Of a DNA stretch of 64,000 nt, positions 11,992 to 25,586 are shown in pieces. Numbering within the stretch: position 1 is the first letter of the stretch; every line of letters begins with the position of its first letter. The DNA comes from Lingula anatina (lineage: Eukaryota; Animalia; Brachiopoda). Position numbers and translations under genes: made by a program. The stretch spans positions 29,704,401-29,768,400 of the forward strand of contig CM120641.1 in NCBI GenBank assembly GCA_051362555.1. Reading direction: 5' to 3'. The notes beneath the pieces are model-generated. The model had not been told where the DNA came from. It saw only the letters and a list, made by a program, of their open reading frames with translations, and did not search any database.

Positions 11992-13155
11992 CGGTCATCA
12001 AGTTACAGGGAACCCAACCCAAGCAAGCCCAACCAACCAACCCATAATTTTGTAAGCCGTCCAGCTATCTATGGAAAGGTAGCCTAATAGGCCATCTTTT
12101 GAGGCTAATGACTCTCCATTAGATGGCTCTCTGGGAAGAGCCTTGCCTCTCCGGGAAAACCCATGCTTCAAAGTCAGATTGCAAACTTGATAATTGTTAT
12201 TTTACAAAATTGTCTGTAAGCATGGTAATTAGACTTCCAGGTGAACTGTCCTCTTCATTAATGCTGGCATAACTACCTGGACTGTAAGACATTTTTGTAT
12301 ACCATCTTCAGCAGATGTTCTTCAATATTTTTTGGGAATTTCCAATTGATCACTTCTTGTTATGCTTTATTTCCAATTTAACACTGGTATTTTAAAGATC
12401 TGACTCCCATGCACCCGATGCCTTGTTGTAGTAACATGCCGTATTTCCATATGAGCAATAGTAAAGTTGTTTATGCCATTAAGCATGATGTAATATTTTG
12501 TGCACTGCGATCATCATCTTGAGATTTTAACTCTCATGGGCCTGAAACTATATTCTTATTGTCCATGGGCACAATTAAGAACTTTTTTATCATTTATGTT
12601 TAGCATCAGCATTGCATCAAAATTGACAAAATGACACATTTTGTGCACCTTTTATTTTGCCTGTACATTTGACCACTTGCCTTGTTTTACAAATACACTG
12701 TGTAACACACTACATGTGACCAGCCACAACAAGAAACAAGAAACAATTCTCAATTCATTTTTAATTTTTTCACAACAAAATTTAATAGATTTCCATGATT
12801 AATATACAGTAAACATTAATCAAACACAAAACTCAAGTCTTCAGGTTTTCGATCCTTTTTTGGAAACTACTTGCCATCATGCCTTATGCTCTTTGTGTTT
12901 GAGTATCCATTGTTCTTGAACATACATATCCATGATTCAGTCAGTAGACCACAAACTGTGTGCTTTTTAAAACCAAACTGGTAAAAAGGAAGTGTCTTCA
13001 ATGATTGTATCCTTATCCTCTAAGTGAAAAAAAAAAAAAAAAAAAAAAAAAACGCATTCGTTAAATTTTCAGTTATAGTGATTGGGTTTTAAATAGATGC
13101 ACCTGAGCACAGTGTGTCTGGTAACTCATATAAGCAGTCTTAAGAGTTTAAAATA

Positions 13156-14743
13156 TTATTCTTTTTTCATATTTTTTTTGTTTCCCATGTTCTTGGCTGA
13201 CTTCTGCAGCTTCGCCCATTTTGAAGTCTTTCCATACTTTTGCTCCAACCAAACCATATAGTAGAAGTGTGGCCCAAATATACAAACATTGATGAAAATA
13301 GTTGACAAATACAGCGTCTGGAAAATACAAAAAATACTGTTAGGTTTGCATGAAATAGCACGTCCAACTTTTTTCTTTTCTTTCAATTACAGTGCTTCAA
13401 ATTATACTGGTCCCCTGATTAAATAGTGTCCCCTTGACATCTTTTAAGCTACATATGAAGTCACATCTTCCCCACTATCACCGACCAAATATCATCATAT
13501 AGTGTTAAATAGCATAAATGCCAAACTGCATCGTCTGATACTTGCCAAACCACTATATTTAACCAGATATTTTCCGTTTCAGTCTTTATTATATATTATC
13601 TCTGGTTGTTTCCACCTCTCATTTGAATATTTATGCTACTGCGCAGCTTGGTGGACTTTTATGAATTGGAAGCACGGATAAGGTTCCTACCAGAAATTTG
13701 TAGGAGGTGCAGTTTAACAGCTATTTTTTGAATGGCAGTGTGATTAATTTGACTTGTCCCTTAGCATGTCTACCTAATTTAAGTCATATAAGAAACTAGT
13801 ACTCACAGTAGTAGAAGTGATTAAAGTAAATCTTAACTCACTTCATATTAACTTGAAACATAAAATGAAGTACCACCTTTAATAGACTAACTTCTTAAAA
13901 AAGAGCTAAATAACACATACTGAAAAAGTGCTGTTAAATGTCTACATTGCCAAACATTGTCTAATTTGTCTACATAGCTAATGTAGGTATATCACAATCC
14001 GCAATTTATAACTCATTTAGCTCCATGTAAATAAACTAATACAAGCCATTTATTAAATAAGCTATAAATCAAAGAGTAAATTTTTACGTGTTGCAGTCTT
14101 AGAGAAATTTGATTTGAGGACGTTTAAAGTTTTGCCTCGACAAAATGTTTAAAATTTCAGATAAGTACTGCATGGAAGTTTTTGTAATTCATGCCAAGTA
14201 AATTTAATGATATTTGCAATATTATGTCGAAAAATTATGAAAATTTAACCATGCGAAGTATAGTTTATTTGATGCGCAATATTTATAGTACATGATCTGC
14301 ATGGAAGCCATCCCAGCCATGTGCTTGTGTGGTCGCCAATTTGGGTTTGTTTCCGAGTCATTAGATAAACCTACAGCCCTAATTGCCCCAATTGGTCACA
14401 AGGAATTTGAGCAGGCAAAATATATATTAAAATAACTTTAAGTGGTGAAGTTGGCCTCTCTTTTGTTGAGTGTAACAGGCTGTAAGAATTTAAGAGAAGC
14501 CTGGAATTTAAAAGACACGGCAGTCGACTTCTAATGAAGACACCTTCATATGTAGCGAATAACCCTACATTAACAAGACAACAATATAACTTCTAATATT
14601 AACATTAATATATCCGTGGAGATACGTACAGTTTTGGACACAGTTCTCATGGGGGGCCCTGCCATATCATTCCAGTTTGCTTTCTGTGTGTGAACACTCT
14701 GTCGCACAGCTAGTGGCAGCGTGCGCCTTAGCACTGAAAACAT
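13156..14743 (-). CDS. COX8: Cytochrome c oxidase subunit 8, 91 aa (exons 14743-14630 and 13317-13156)
   Basis: Mitochondrial presequence MFSVLRRTLPLAVRQSVH, GPP-x3-VS motif, phase-0 intron (ACT|gtacgt..tttccag|ACG), and TM helix TLYLSTIFINVCIFGPHFYYMVWL with the typical Pro. Two-exon layout is like vertebrate COX8. Confidence 0.75.
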
Positions 14744-14808
14744 CTTTAGTTGATGGAACCACTTTCCCACGAATGCTTAGCAGAATGCAGGGGGGACACC
14801 AGTTACAG

Positions 14809-14823
14809 CAAGGTCAAAATGGC
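14809..14823 (-). promoter_or_regulatory. Adjacent ERR-type (CAAGGTCA) and YY1-type (GCCATTTT) motifs about 70 bp upstream of the COX8 ATG
   Basis: + strand gcaaggtcaaaatggctg. ERR and YY1 are established regulators of OXPHOS genes. Confidence 0.5.
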
Positions 14824-17240
14824 TGAAGGCAGAGCCAAATGTACACAAAGCCTCGCGTTCAGTTTTAGAAACGACAAATCAAATCGCTGGCAGGTATCAC
14901 GAGGTTGGTTGACCTCTGAACCTTCGGGGAACAGGTTTCAAAGCGAGGCCCTACATATTCGTGTGCTTCGGGGAAGCTTCGGGGAACAGAAAGGCTGGAG
15001 GTATTCCCGATAAGTGGCGACCTCTAACAGCATAGGTTAAGACTAATAATGTTTTATTTGAAGGCAATTTCCTGTGCAAATATCCAAAAGGTACATACTA
15101 GTTTTGGCCTCTGATTTGAGGCGCCGGTGTGACGGAGGAATAAGAGACAGGTGGGTGTGACTGAAAGTCCGTGACCAGCAGTTTCCTAAATTTAGGGGTG
15201 TGGGGCATGGCTAGTATGTTCTTTACCTTATCAATAAAAAGCTTAAAACAAAAGCTTTTTATTTCATATCATTTTTTTATTATCATTTCGTATATTAGTT
15301 ACGTGAGGAGATATAGGTTTTCTCAGAGAAGTATTTAGACCAGCGTCAAAACTAATTAGAACCACCAACCCATGAAAGATGTTGCATTTATTCTTCAGAT
15401 CTAAGCTTTGTCTTACAAATGTGCCTTGGATTTCATAAACTGCAGTTCAGCTCTGTTTTCAAAATTCAAGTGTTTCATTCATGGTTGGGGGGAATCTTTG
15501 AACACCCAAACCCAATGTAGAGGTGCATTTCACATGCTGAAGTGTCAAAAAAATAAAATTGAATGAATTCAAAATTGTATTCAGTTTTTTTAAAACGTGT
15601 ATAAAACAAAAATCCATAACTGTCTCAATTTAAATTCAAAATTTAATTTTTACCATGTCTTTTACATTATGCAAAGAGCCCTAACATATGTTCCAAAAAC
15701 GTATGGTAACGTATGTTCCAGGTCATTTAATTTTAATTTTTATACCATGTTTTCTTTTGCTGAAGGAAAAATGTATTGTGATTCCATGATAGTTTGACAT
15801 TTTTGATATAATATTTGGAGCACAAGGGGAAAAATAATATATTTAATGCTTATTTTACTGTCAGTAGGGTGTATTTTCCCCATTTTTTAAATATTCAGTG
15901 ACAAGCAAACTTAAGTTGCTCAAAGACAATATATTGCACTCTACAGGAGATTATTATAATTTTTTACATTGTTATACTTGTAGGAGATAAATCAAAGACC
16001 AAAACCAGTGATGGCTGAATTTTCAAAGTGAGTGAAACATTTCACAGTTGGACGTTTTGCATTTGTAATGGTAACGTATGTTCCTTTTTGGGGTTAGACA
16101 AATTATTTTTTATTATTCATGGTTCCAAGAGAGTGAAACTTTGATACAATTACAAACTTCTTCATGTGAGACCCTAAAATAATTTAAAATAGTTTGCAAT
16201 CTGAGCACTAAATATTTTTAAGAGCATGCCTGTGACATCAATTGCACCTATATATTGGGTTTGGGTGTGAAGTGGCAATTTTTTAATTTGGAGATATTTG
16301 GTCTCCTGCAGAGTTGGATTGATTTAGCTGGTAAAATGGATTTATCTGAGCACTCCCTTTGACACACATTTTTGTTAATGCTTTTAATTTTTAGGGTATA
16401 AAGATCAGGCTAAAAAACATTAAACGTATTGTATCCTTATATAACCATTACGATATAAAATGGTGATATGAAATGAGTAGCTGTTGAAATAAACTTTTTA
16501 TTGATATTCCATATGTTGGTATATCTTGGTCAGCAGATGATAACTATTTTCCTGCTATCCCCCTGGTATCCCCCAGCTTTATATGATAGTCCTAGAAATG
16601 GTAGGAATGGAAACCCTGGGTCCCATATGATCAATATAACCCATTATTAGGTTAGGGCAAGGGGGTACATGTATCTCTTAACTCTGGTTAGTCTGAGTAT
16701 TGGGGGTGAATGTCCCTTGTACAAAGAAAATGGAAAGGACTTCAGTTCTTAGTGGACTACCATTGCAGTCACTCCACATTTCTCAATCAATCAAAGGGAC
16801 CCAGTTTTTATGTACAAACACAGATGTATCTGTACATGTAGCCATCACCTGCATCTGTCGTCTCCATGCATTGCCATGCACTTTTCAGCAATAACACAAT
16901 AACTGAATAAGAGAGAAAATGTTTTATGTTTCTTTAAACTTACTGAACGGATGAATATTCAAATGCAAGTCAAGTTCAGAATTGGCTTGGTCGGATCATT
17001 TTCCAAAAGTCATGCTTTTTTTTTTTTTTTTTTTGCTTTTTAAAATAATACATATTAGGTAGAAAATTGTTGATATATTGTCTTAAAACTTACAGGAGTG
17101 TTCAATTTTAATAAAATACAGGCCAAGTTCGAAAACCAGGTTGTTTTTAGCAGTGCTTTTTTTAGCATACTTTATACTATAGTATTTCTGAGTCCTGTAA
17201 GTTTGAAGACAATAGGCCAAATTGTTGTTGTCTTTATTGC

Positions 17241-17282
<42 letters not shown>

Positions 17283-17712
17283 AATAAAGATACCACATTT
17301 TATGGAAAACCATTTGATCTATTGTCTTCAAACTTACAGAACTCAGAAATAGAAGTGAGGATTTTTTTAAAGTTATGCATTGGTGGTGATTGTTAATCAT
17401 TTAATCATTATGCAATATTGCATCAAAATTGACAAAAACCTTTTTTTGCACTGCCACCACAAAAGCTGTGAAAGGAAAACCATTTTTACTTATTATTTTT
17501 TTACCTTACAAGAATGTTTCTTAGGATTGACATACAGCTCAAATTGGAAAGCCACCTTGAAAAGATTTTTTTGAAAATCATTCCCTTTTTTGTGATATTT
17601 TCTGTGTCTTTACATAAAAATTGACACTTGTAATGGTAAACATGTTCTACTTTGATTCCAGATGTTTTATGTCATGTATCCAGTGAGGAAACCGTGACAC
17701 CTGTGCATAGAA

Positions 17713-18171
17713 ATGACAACACCCGCAATTCAGGGTGTCTGTCAGCTTTGCTTTCTGGAAGATGGCAGTTATTTTCATGGCAACATTATTACTCCCCACA
17801 AGGAACAATATGGATTAGTGGGCAAGATATCCAGCACAGAACCAAGTGGCAGTGTGACAGAATTTCACCAGTGCTGTATGGGGGATGACTCTGTATTTTA
17901 CCAAATCCAATTAATTGATCATGGTGGATTTGATGATGATAGGATATTTCCCCATGTTTTAAAGTCAAGTGGGGACAATTGTACGTTAAGAGCTCCCGAT
18001 ATTAGGTTTGAGACAGAAGAACTGATAGTTGGGAAAAAGGCAGAGGATTTGATTCGACATTTTTTTAGTGAGACTTTTCTTGGAAAGAGTTGCTATGTCT
18101 GCATTGGCCCGATCTTTATAGCGTCTGGAGAAACATTGGAATGTACCAACCAGGAGTATATGCCAACGTAG
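17713..18171 (+). CDS. 152-aa hypothetical protein, possibly transposon-borne
   Basis: Longest ORF in the window, with normal amino-acid complexity; acceptor ttgattccag at about 17661; candidate upstream exons near 15150 and 15985-16027. No family recognised. Confidence 0.4.
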   Translation: MTTPAIQGVCQLCFLEDGSYFHGNIITPHKEQYGLVGKISSTEPSGSVTEFHQCCMGDDSVFYQIQLIDHGGFDDDRIFPHVLKSSGDNCTLRAPDIRFETEELIVGKKAEDLIRHFFSETFLGKSCYVCIGPIFIASGETLECTNQEYMPT

Positions 18172-18461
18172 ATCCTGAAAGTCTCTTTAAAAAAAAAAAA
18201 CATCTGTTTGTGATTGGCTGCTATGTATAATATTACCGAAAGTTATCACTTCACTGTGAAGATTGAGCGATATAGGCCTATATTAGACTTTTTAAGCAAG
18301 TAAATGGACAGCATCAGAAGGTTACGAACGTTACCACCTATAACGTGGTGGCAACATATGCACAGCTAAATAACCTAATGTAATTCCAGTAATTGCTTCT
18401 GATCCAGATCACATATAGTCTTTTGAGGGAGAGAATTGATTCCATCATGAAGTAATACATT

Positions 18462-18496
<35 letters not shown>

Positions 18497-19128
18497 TAAT
18501 AAAAGTACTTTTTTGTGTTATGTTATCAATGGCCTTCGTTTATGCAAGTAAAATGTACTGCAGACTTTTTGACAGCTGTTTGCCATTATTTGAATTACAA
18601 TTCCTTTCATATACATATTGGCATTAAGCACCGATGGACACCATATTCATGATCCTCACTGAATATATTTATCGGTGTTCAGGGGCAGATCCAGGATTAT
18701 CTGATGGGGGGGGGGGGGGGGGGGGGGGGGGGGTCTGCAGATGGCGTGGGGTTCAGGGCCTGCTGAAGGGTCCCGATAATTTTTGGAAATTTACAGGGCG
18801 AACGGGTCAGGACCCTCAAAATCAGTTTCATACATGCTTCAGTCATGAATTGCGTTCGCACAGTACATCAGATTGTTTACTTACACAAATACGCTTGTAT
18901 TAAAAGATAAAACGGGCTTGCGTTTTAAAATTTTGGGACCTGTTTTAGTTTACCATCGTTTTATTTATATTCACCTTGTTCAATGAAGAAAAGGACCATT
19001 CCAAGATTGCCTAAAACTAGGCTGTGGATTACTGCGTGACGTTATATATGTACGACGAGAGAACGTGCGAGGGGTACGCTTACTATTAGCATTAAGAGTA
19101 AAACTACCTGCACCCAGTGTGTCGCCAT

Positions 19129-19221
19129 CACCCTGAGCTTCAGAGCTAACTTGACACTAACCTTTTCACTGTAGGCTACAGTGAAGAGGTTAGTGTCAAG
19201 TTAGCTCTGAAGCTCAGGGTG
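19129..19221. mobile_element. 93-bp near-perfect foldback MITE with 8-bp TSD (hAT-like)
   Basis: CACCCTGAGCTTCAGAGC...GCTCTGAAGCTCAGGGTG with one arm mismatch; GTCGCCAT at 19121-19128 and 19222-19229. Confidence 0.85.
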
Positions 19222-20532
19222 GTCGCCATAGAAAGCAACAGCCAAAGTGACACGCAAAACGTGGTGAATCACTTCTGCTGTGCAATAGACAGTTAGCTGA
19301 CAGAACCAAAGAGAAAACATCCTCAATGACATCCGTATATCAATGCTGTCAGGTTTATTCGCTGACACACCGCACTCGCTGTCCTGCCATTCTTCTTGCC
19401 CCATCTCTCCTCTTATTCCGCAAAACATTTTTTGAATTTGCGTTAACAAGACATTAGGCTATCTCATGTGATCTCCATTCACGGATGCGGAGTCACTGAT
19501 TACGAAAACAGCCTAAATAATGTATCTGCAACTCGATAAATCAGTAAACTAATACATGTATTAAGACCATCACAATTTAGACAAGACAATTTAACTTGTC
19601 TACAATTAACTGCGATTTGCGGTAATGTGCCTCTTATTACTTGTAATATGATATATGTTGATTCCAGGTTAATCAGATGTATTAAGCTACTTCTTTCAAA
19701 CGATCTGTGAATAACAAGCCCTGCTATATTACAGTAGATATTATGAGATAAGGCTAGACATGATCTGAAAGTGTAATTATTCTAACCTTGATCAGATATT
19801 TTTGTATTTTTAACAACAAAACTAAGGGAAAAAGTACACGAATATCCACATCTTTTTTTTTTCAGTGGACCAATTTCATATTTTCCTGGTAAGTTTTTTT
19901 ACTGACTTTCAATCTATATTAGTCTATAATTCGATAAGTCCATTCTTGTATAAAATTAAAGAGATGGTGAACATTAATAACCGGAAAGAAGACCGGGAGC
20001 CATGCACTCGATTTTCATGATTTCTATGCTACAGATTTGTCCTCAATAAGCTTCATGTGCTCAATCAGCAATAACACTCAAATAGAACTGTAAAACCATT
20101 TGATTCTCTGATATTAGAGACATTATGCCACCAATGGAATCAAGTTTCAAAAAGTAGAACACGTTAAACTTAACTGATTTCCAAAATTTTGCAGAAACAT
20201 TTAGTAAGCCTATCAAATGCTGCAATTGCTCATGGCCACGTGTTGCTTTCAGCAGACACTATTTTATTTGAACTAAGCAAAATACCTTCATTATTTGAAT
20301 TATTATGATATGGAGGTCTAAGGGCTGACTTGTTTCTGAGAGGGCATAACAAAGGAGTCTGTTGTAACTCCTTGGCTTAACTTACTCGTACATATTGTTA
20401 AGTTCTGGTCTGGGTTTTTTCTCTGGAACCTCTCAGGGATTTTTCGTGCGGCTTACTCTGGTCTAAAAATCGCACAACACACACAAAAAAATAGTTTTCT
20501 TCTTTTATTTTCTGAGAACACAATACTGTACA

Positions 20533-20730
20533 AGACCCCATTCTTAGAGATTAGATCGATCCAACTAGATCGACCTAACTCCCTGGGGGTTCACGCTAAA
20601 TAGCTGTCAGCCGAGCGGGCACGAAAGTTAATTACCCCCTTAAGCCTTAAGCCGGATTATCTGACAGTAATCTAGTGAGACTCCCCACGGGGATAGATCG
20701 ATCTAAAATCTATGGGAATGCGCCCCAAGT
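20533..20730. mobile_element. PIF/Harbinger-like MITE (family C), reverse copy
   Basis: Same sequence family as 59292-59506 and 40630-40840. Confidence 0.75.
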
Positions 20731-20812
20731 CACATCTACTCTGTAATCTGGACCCACCACAAAAGATTTTCACTGTACACTGTAAACTTTAGCTGGCACT
20801 GCTAACTGGTTA

Positions 20813-21034
20813 AGGCCCATTTACACTGGATGGCGTCCTCTCTGCGTCCTTTGTGCGACCATGAAACTGGCAACGCTGTGGTCGTAGAAAGGAGGGACAA
20901 GCATCGCTTTGGATGCAGAAAGCATGTGCAAGATCGGCCAGTTGTCGGCACGTGAAATATTATATTTTATTTTACTTTCAATAGGGGCTGTATTGCGGGA
21001 CGCAGAAAGGACGCCGTCCAGTGTAAAGGGGGCT
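20813..21034. mobile_element. PIF/Harbinger-like MITE
   Basis: TIR GGCCCATTTACACTGGATGGCGTCCT versus AGGACGCCGTCCAGTGTAAAGGGGGC, in TAA/TTA context. Confidence 0.7.
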
Positions 21035-22052
21035 TAACTAGCTCTCGACTAAGACAGCTGTTACTTAAAAAAAGAGGGTAAACATAAGTACAGATTTGCT
21101 TATTGAAAATAAGAAGACAAAAAAGATTGCAAACTCCTTTTTTAAAAGGGATTTTTTTGTCTCTTCTGAGCATCCGTACTAGGTTAGATGCTGCCGAACT
21201 AATCAGCGCATAAGGCCTACGAGCTGTTATGTGAATATATTAATGTGACAGTTGTTCAAACTCCTGTTGTTTTTTTCATAAACATGTCCCGTGTAGTTTT
21301 GAGTTTCTCGTCGTGATCAATCAGTTGGTAAAAATAGCGCACAATATTTTAATGAGAAATGATATTTAACACATTTCTATTTAATACGGAAATCAAATTG
21401 GATTAGCATATTTTTCATTTGTAAGGTGGTTTTATGCTGTAATATTTTCTTAATGGACAACTAAGTTGAATTTTTTTTATACTTAAGTTAAGAGGAAGTA
21501 AAACTTCTACCAAATGCTCCGCAAAGTGTCATTTCCCCAGGGTTGGGTTAGGTGCCTGGAGGCACGAGCCGCTGAAATGGGCGAAGCGTCATCTGGACTT
21601 TTGAGGCGGAACAGGGAAGTAACCAAACTATATAAACGTTTTGAATAATTTCAGTGGCGATCAAATGTTCACGTAAAGCGGACATAACCTGTAACACTGT
21701 CATTTAATTGCACATGTGGGCGTGGAAATGTTCATTCCAGTTTGGGGAATGGTCGCTAAAAGAATAAAATTCCAATGACTTTGCTCTTAATTTGTACAAA
21801 ATTGTTACTTAATTAATTTATCGTCACGGAAATGTTAATCGATGCAGTCTAGAACATTTGAAATTAAAAGATAATAAGATGCATGAATACTTAGAGTATC
21901 CAAGATTATTTTCTTCCTCTCCCCACAATTGGAGTGTACATTACGCTCCGCCACTTGTAGATCTTGCTGTCAAATCAAACCTTACGCACTCGTGCCAGGA
22001 ATTATAAGCTGGGGTAAATCAACTTTTCTTTAAACAATACCTTTCGCAGTGC

Positions 22053-22134
22053 TATATATTCACTTCAAGGAGAGGGTTTGGCAAGTACACACACCGGGTT
22101 CAAGGGGTAGGACTAGGTTTTCTGTCCCAAATAG
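22053..22134 (+). promoter_or_regulatory. TATA box and putative non-coding exon 1 of GPB5
   Basis: TATATA at 22053-22058; donor TAG|GTAAGT at 22134; the next acceptor tttcag|24087 lies 17 nt before the ATG. Confidence 0.55.
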
Positions 22135-24103
22135 GTAAGTTTCAGTTTGACATTTTCAGTATAATTGGCCATCGCAAATTGTTACTTTGTCGTCCACGCC
22201 AGTAGACTCGAGTTTTGCTTAATAGATGGAGCCATGATCGCTTTCTCTTTTTTTCCTTGCTTATAGAAGGAGTAATTGTATACGAGGCATAACGGTGTAC
22301 TCTTGGGGATACAATTTGGAAATGCAGAGCTTCTCAATTATTTTTATTTTCCCTTAGTTTGGTACTATTCTGAGCTACCAGATAGGTGCTGTGTTACAAG
22401 TAAATATGGTATTTGTGTTTCGTTTTCTCTACACATTTCTGTTACATACATGTACTAACTTAACGCTCTTTAACTTAAAAAAAAATTATATGCATACCAG
22501 TTTGTCATAAGACGTGAGACGTCGGTGTTTGATTGTCTTATTTGCTTTGAGTGCATGATCTTTTAAAATAGAATAAATATTCCGGAAAGACTCAACTTCG
22601 GGATATAGCCCTTAAGTTTAAATGTTGTTTGTACAGTGATACAGAAATCTCAACTAGTAATCGCGATTAGCTACTTGAAATAGCACAATCTCGTCAACTT
22701 ATTAAGGAACGAGATATCGGAGAACCTCAAAATGACGTACATCCATAAAAGTCCTAACACTGATGATAACTGTTCTGTTAATGGTGATAAAACATACACT
22801 AGAGACGTAGGGACGGAAGTTAGTCGTTCCTGCATTTAGTATAATGGCCTCTCGACGCCTTTAAGTATTTAAGTTTCATTATAACCCTCCGTCCATACAT
22901 TCGTCCATCTATTCTTCTCTCTTTCTCTCTCAGCTCCTCTCTCAGCCAGATGCCTTGCAATTAGAAACTTTTTGTTGCGTTGTTAAAATAAAAAATAGTA
23001 AAAATATAAACAAGAATAGTCAGTGATACTTTTGTTGTTAGTGCTTATATGCGAATTCACATGTAAGCCGATTGTTCCTTGCACAAGTTATATATCTCCA
23101 TTTCTGCCATTAATGCCGTTTCGAAAAAAAAAACATTTTCAGCGGGTATCTCGACTTACTTCCTTGTACATGTACTGGTAACAACACTGCGGTATTTTAT
23201 CACGCCAGTGTCCAAGAAACATGCATTAGCAATTATTGTAGATTAACTTTAGCGAATCACCCATTTTTTCTCCTTTTTGTGAAGCATGGGCCGCTGAGTA
23301 TGTACATATTGATTTTCCAAATGCATTTAGGTTTTTTTGGCGAGTTGCCTACGTCATTTTCCTCCCCCTTCTTTTCCTGATGGCAGAAGTAGGTTTCTTT
23401 CTTTATTTTGACTTTGACTTCTAAATACCGGTGTGAAACTAGAAAAATCTTGGTCGTGCTCGAACTATAGTTGTAATTTTATAGATAATCAAATGATGTA
23501 ACACCCATAACTTTGTTTTGGCAGAACTTAAGTGTGTATGAACATTCGTACCTGGTGGCATTTGGTGCCAGGAGGCATTTATTAGCCCCACCTTATGATT
23601 GAAATCCAACTTTATAAACACTGGTATTCAAAATAGCACGCCGATACAAAAAGATTTTACTTGCCATAAACGGTTGGCAACGCACGCAAAAATAACTGTA
23701 TCTAAAAACAAAGCTAAACATTTGATACACAATTCAAATTCGAAATGGCTACAACAAACGGATTAGTTGCTTCCGATGGTACATTGGGTGCGAACATATG
23801 AGTCAGACATCTGGGAGTCAGAAATGAGGCTTGCTCTAAGTATAAATCAAAAAAGAATTTACGAATGGGCAATTAGCGAGGCAGTCAGCATTAGCAATAG
23901 TGACTAAATATAAGAAAGGTTTATTAATTAATCGTTAGTGTTTGTAGAACACCACTTAACCGTTTACTTGTTTCTGAATAGGTCTTATAGGCAAAACTTT
24001 CAGTTTGGAATTTTATGAACTAAAGTCAAAACATTACCAAAGTGTTAATTGTCCATATAGATATCAATATCTTATTTTGTTTTCAGATATCATCTATTTG
24101 ACA

Positions 24104-24874
24104 ATGGAATTACCGGCGGCATTGATATCTATTTTACCAATCCTTTGGACTCTTGCAAGTGGGAGTGTAGACCCAAAGACAATGCTCGCATGCAATCAAA
24201 GGGAGTTTCGATATAATGTAGAAAAGCCGCCTTACGTCGCTCCCGATGGCACTACTATAACATGTGGAGGAACTGTGAAAGTATGGGCATGTTATGGTAG
24301 ATGTGAGACAAGTGAGGTATGTATGTATGCATGTATACAGTCTTACAGGTGGACAAAGCTACGCACTTAATCTCGAATGGTTAATGTCGTTTTCAACTTA
24401 ATGGATTGAAACTATTGCACGTCTAAATTGATAATTGATTACTATTTTCTAATACAACCCATATGTATTCCATGCATCACAAGAACTAACTAAAATCGTC
24501 TGCATTCATTCCCTCGTGAAAACGTACGGTTTTCAGATAACCATCATTTACCTGTCAAATTTGATCCAACAAAATTGCAATTTACAAAATTCATCCAACA
24601 AATGTATGATTCACTACTGCTTTGTATGAAAAGAAAAGATTGCTATCACTAGTTACATATCTTTTTACATATCTCCTTTAATCAGGTCGGAGACTACGAA
24701 TTCCCTTTCAAGCTCAGCTTCCATAATGTTTGCACCTATGGCGGTGATGTTGTGAGACGACGGGTTACGCTCGACTGCCCAGGCTATCCAGATCCTACCG
24801 TGGAACTCTTCGACGTAGAGCGATGCGAATGTCAAGTTTGTCGCTATGACAAAACAAGTTGTGAAAATATCTAA
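24104..24874 (+). CDS. GPB5: Glycoprotein hormone beta-5 (thyrostimulin beta), 133 aa (exons 24104-24316 and 24686-24874)
   Basis: Signal peptide and 10-Cys cystine knot: ACYGRCETSE|VGDYEFPFKLSFHNVCTY...CECQVCRYDKTSCENI*. Phase-0 GT-AG intron; no seat-belt extension. Confidence 0.95.
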
Positions 24875-25586
24875 CTAAAGGAAATAACAGATCTTGCCTC
24901 AGTTGTCTGTGATTTTGTATGTTTTTAAGTGTAATATTGTTAGCAATGATAGACGGGCAAAATTGGCCTCAAGTCTGTTAAAGGAAACGTCCAAAATATT
25001 GGCCAGAAAAATGTTTATTTTATAGGTTTATTTTATGTCCAGATTTCTCTTTTTGAGTATCATGCTTTCGTCTTATTTATGACATTTTAAAATGATGCAA
25101 TTAAGAAAGAAAAACCAAGAGTGTAGAACCTATTAGTTATCTGAAGTATGACTTAGAACATTGATAGATTACCGTAGGGTGTGGTGGTAAATGGCGCGTT
25201 AAATGAGCGGCGATGAATGTTTTGTTTCGCCCGAAGAAATAACATGTTTACTAGGTGAGGCACGTTATATTCACGTGCTTAATCTTACTAGATAAAAAAA
25301 CGAATGAAGTAAGGATAAAACAGAAAGAAACAAGTTCAACTTGTCACACGGTGCTGACAGAAATTTAGGTGTAAGTTAGATTCACGACAGAATTTCAAAA
25401 TCAAAATTGAAAATACTCCAAGCGGGACTCGAACGAACGCAAAATTGCCAAATAGCCATTTGTACATGTTTCCCACCTTGACAGGTTGTTAACACGCCCT
25501 TGAGGAATTATGTTCAAGTTTAGATGTACGTGATAATTGGATATACATGCTGTACATTGTACTTTGATAAATGAATGTAGATTGTA

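Noticed and set aside
10950-12540. Possible decayed coding or retroelement relic
   Set aside because: Many stops in the frames I translated and no recognisable domain.
13148-13330. Alternative hydrophobic reading frame over COX8 exon 2
   Set aside because: The phase-0 splice selects the TLYLST frame, which fits COX8.
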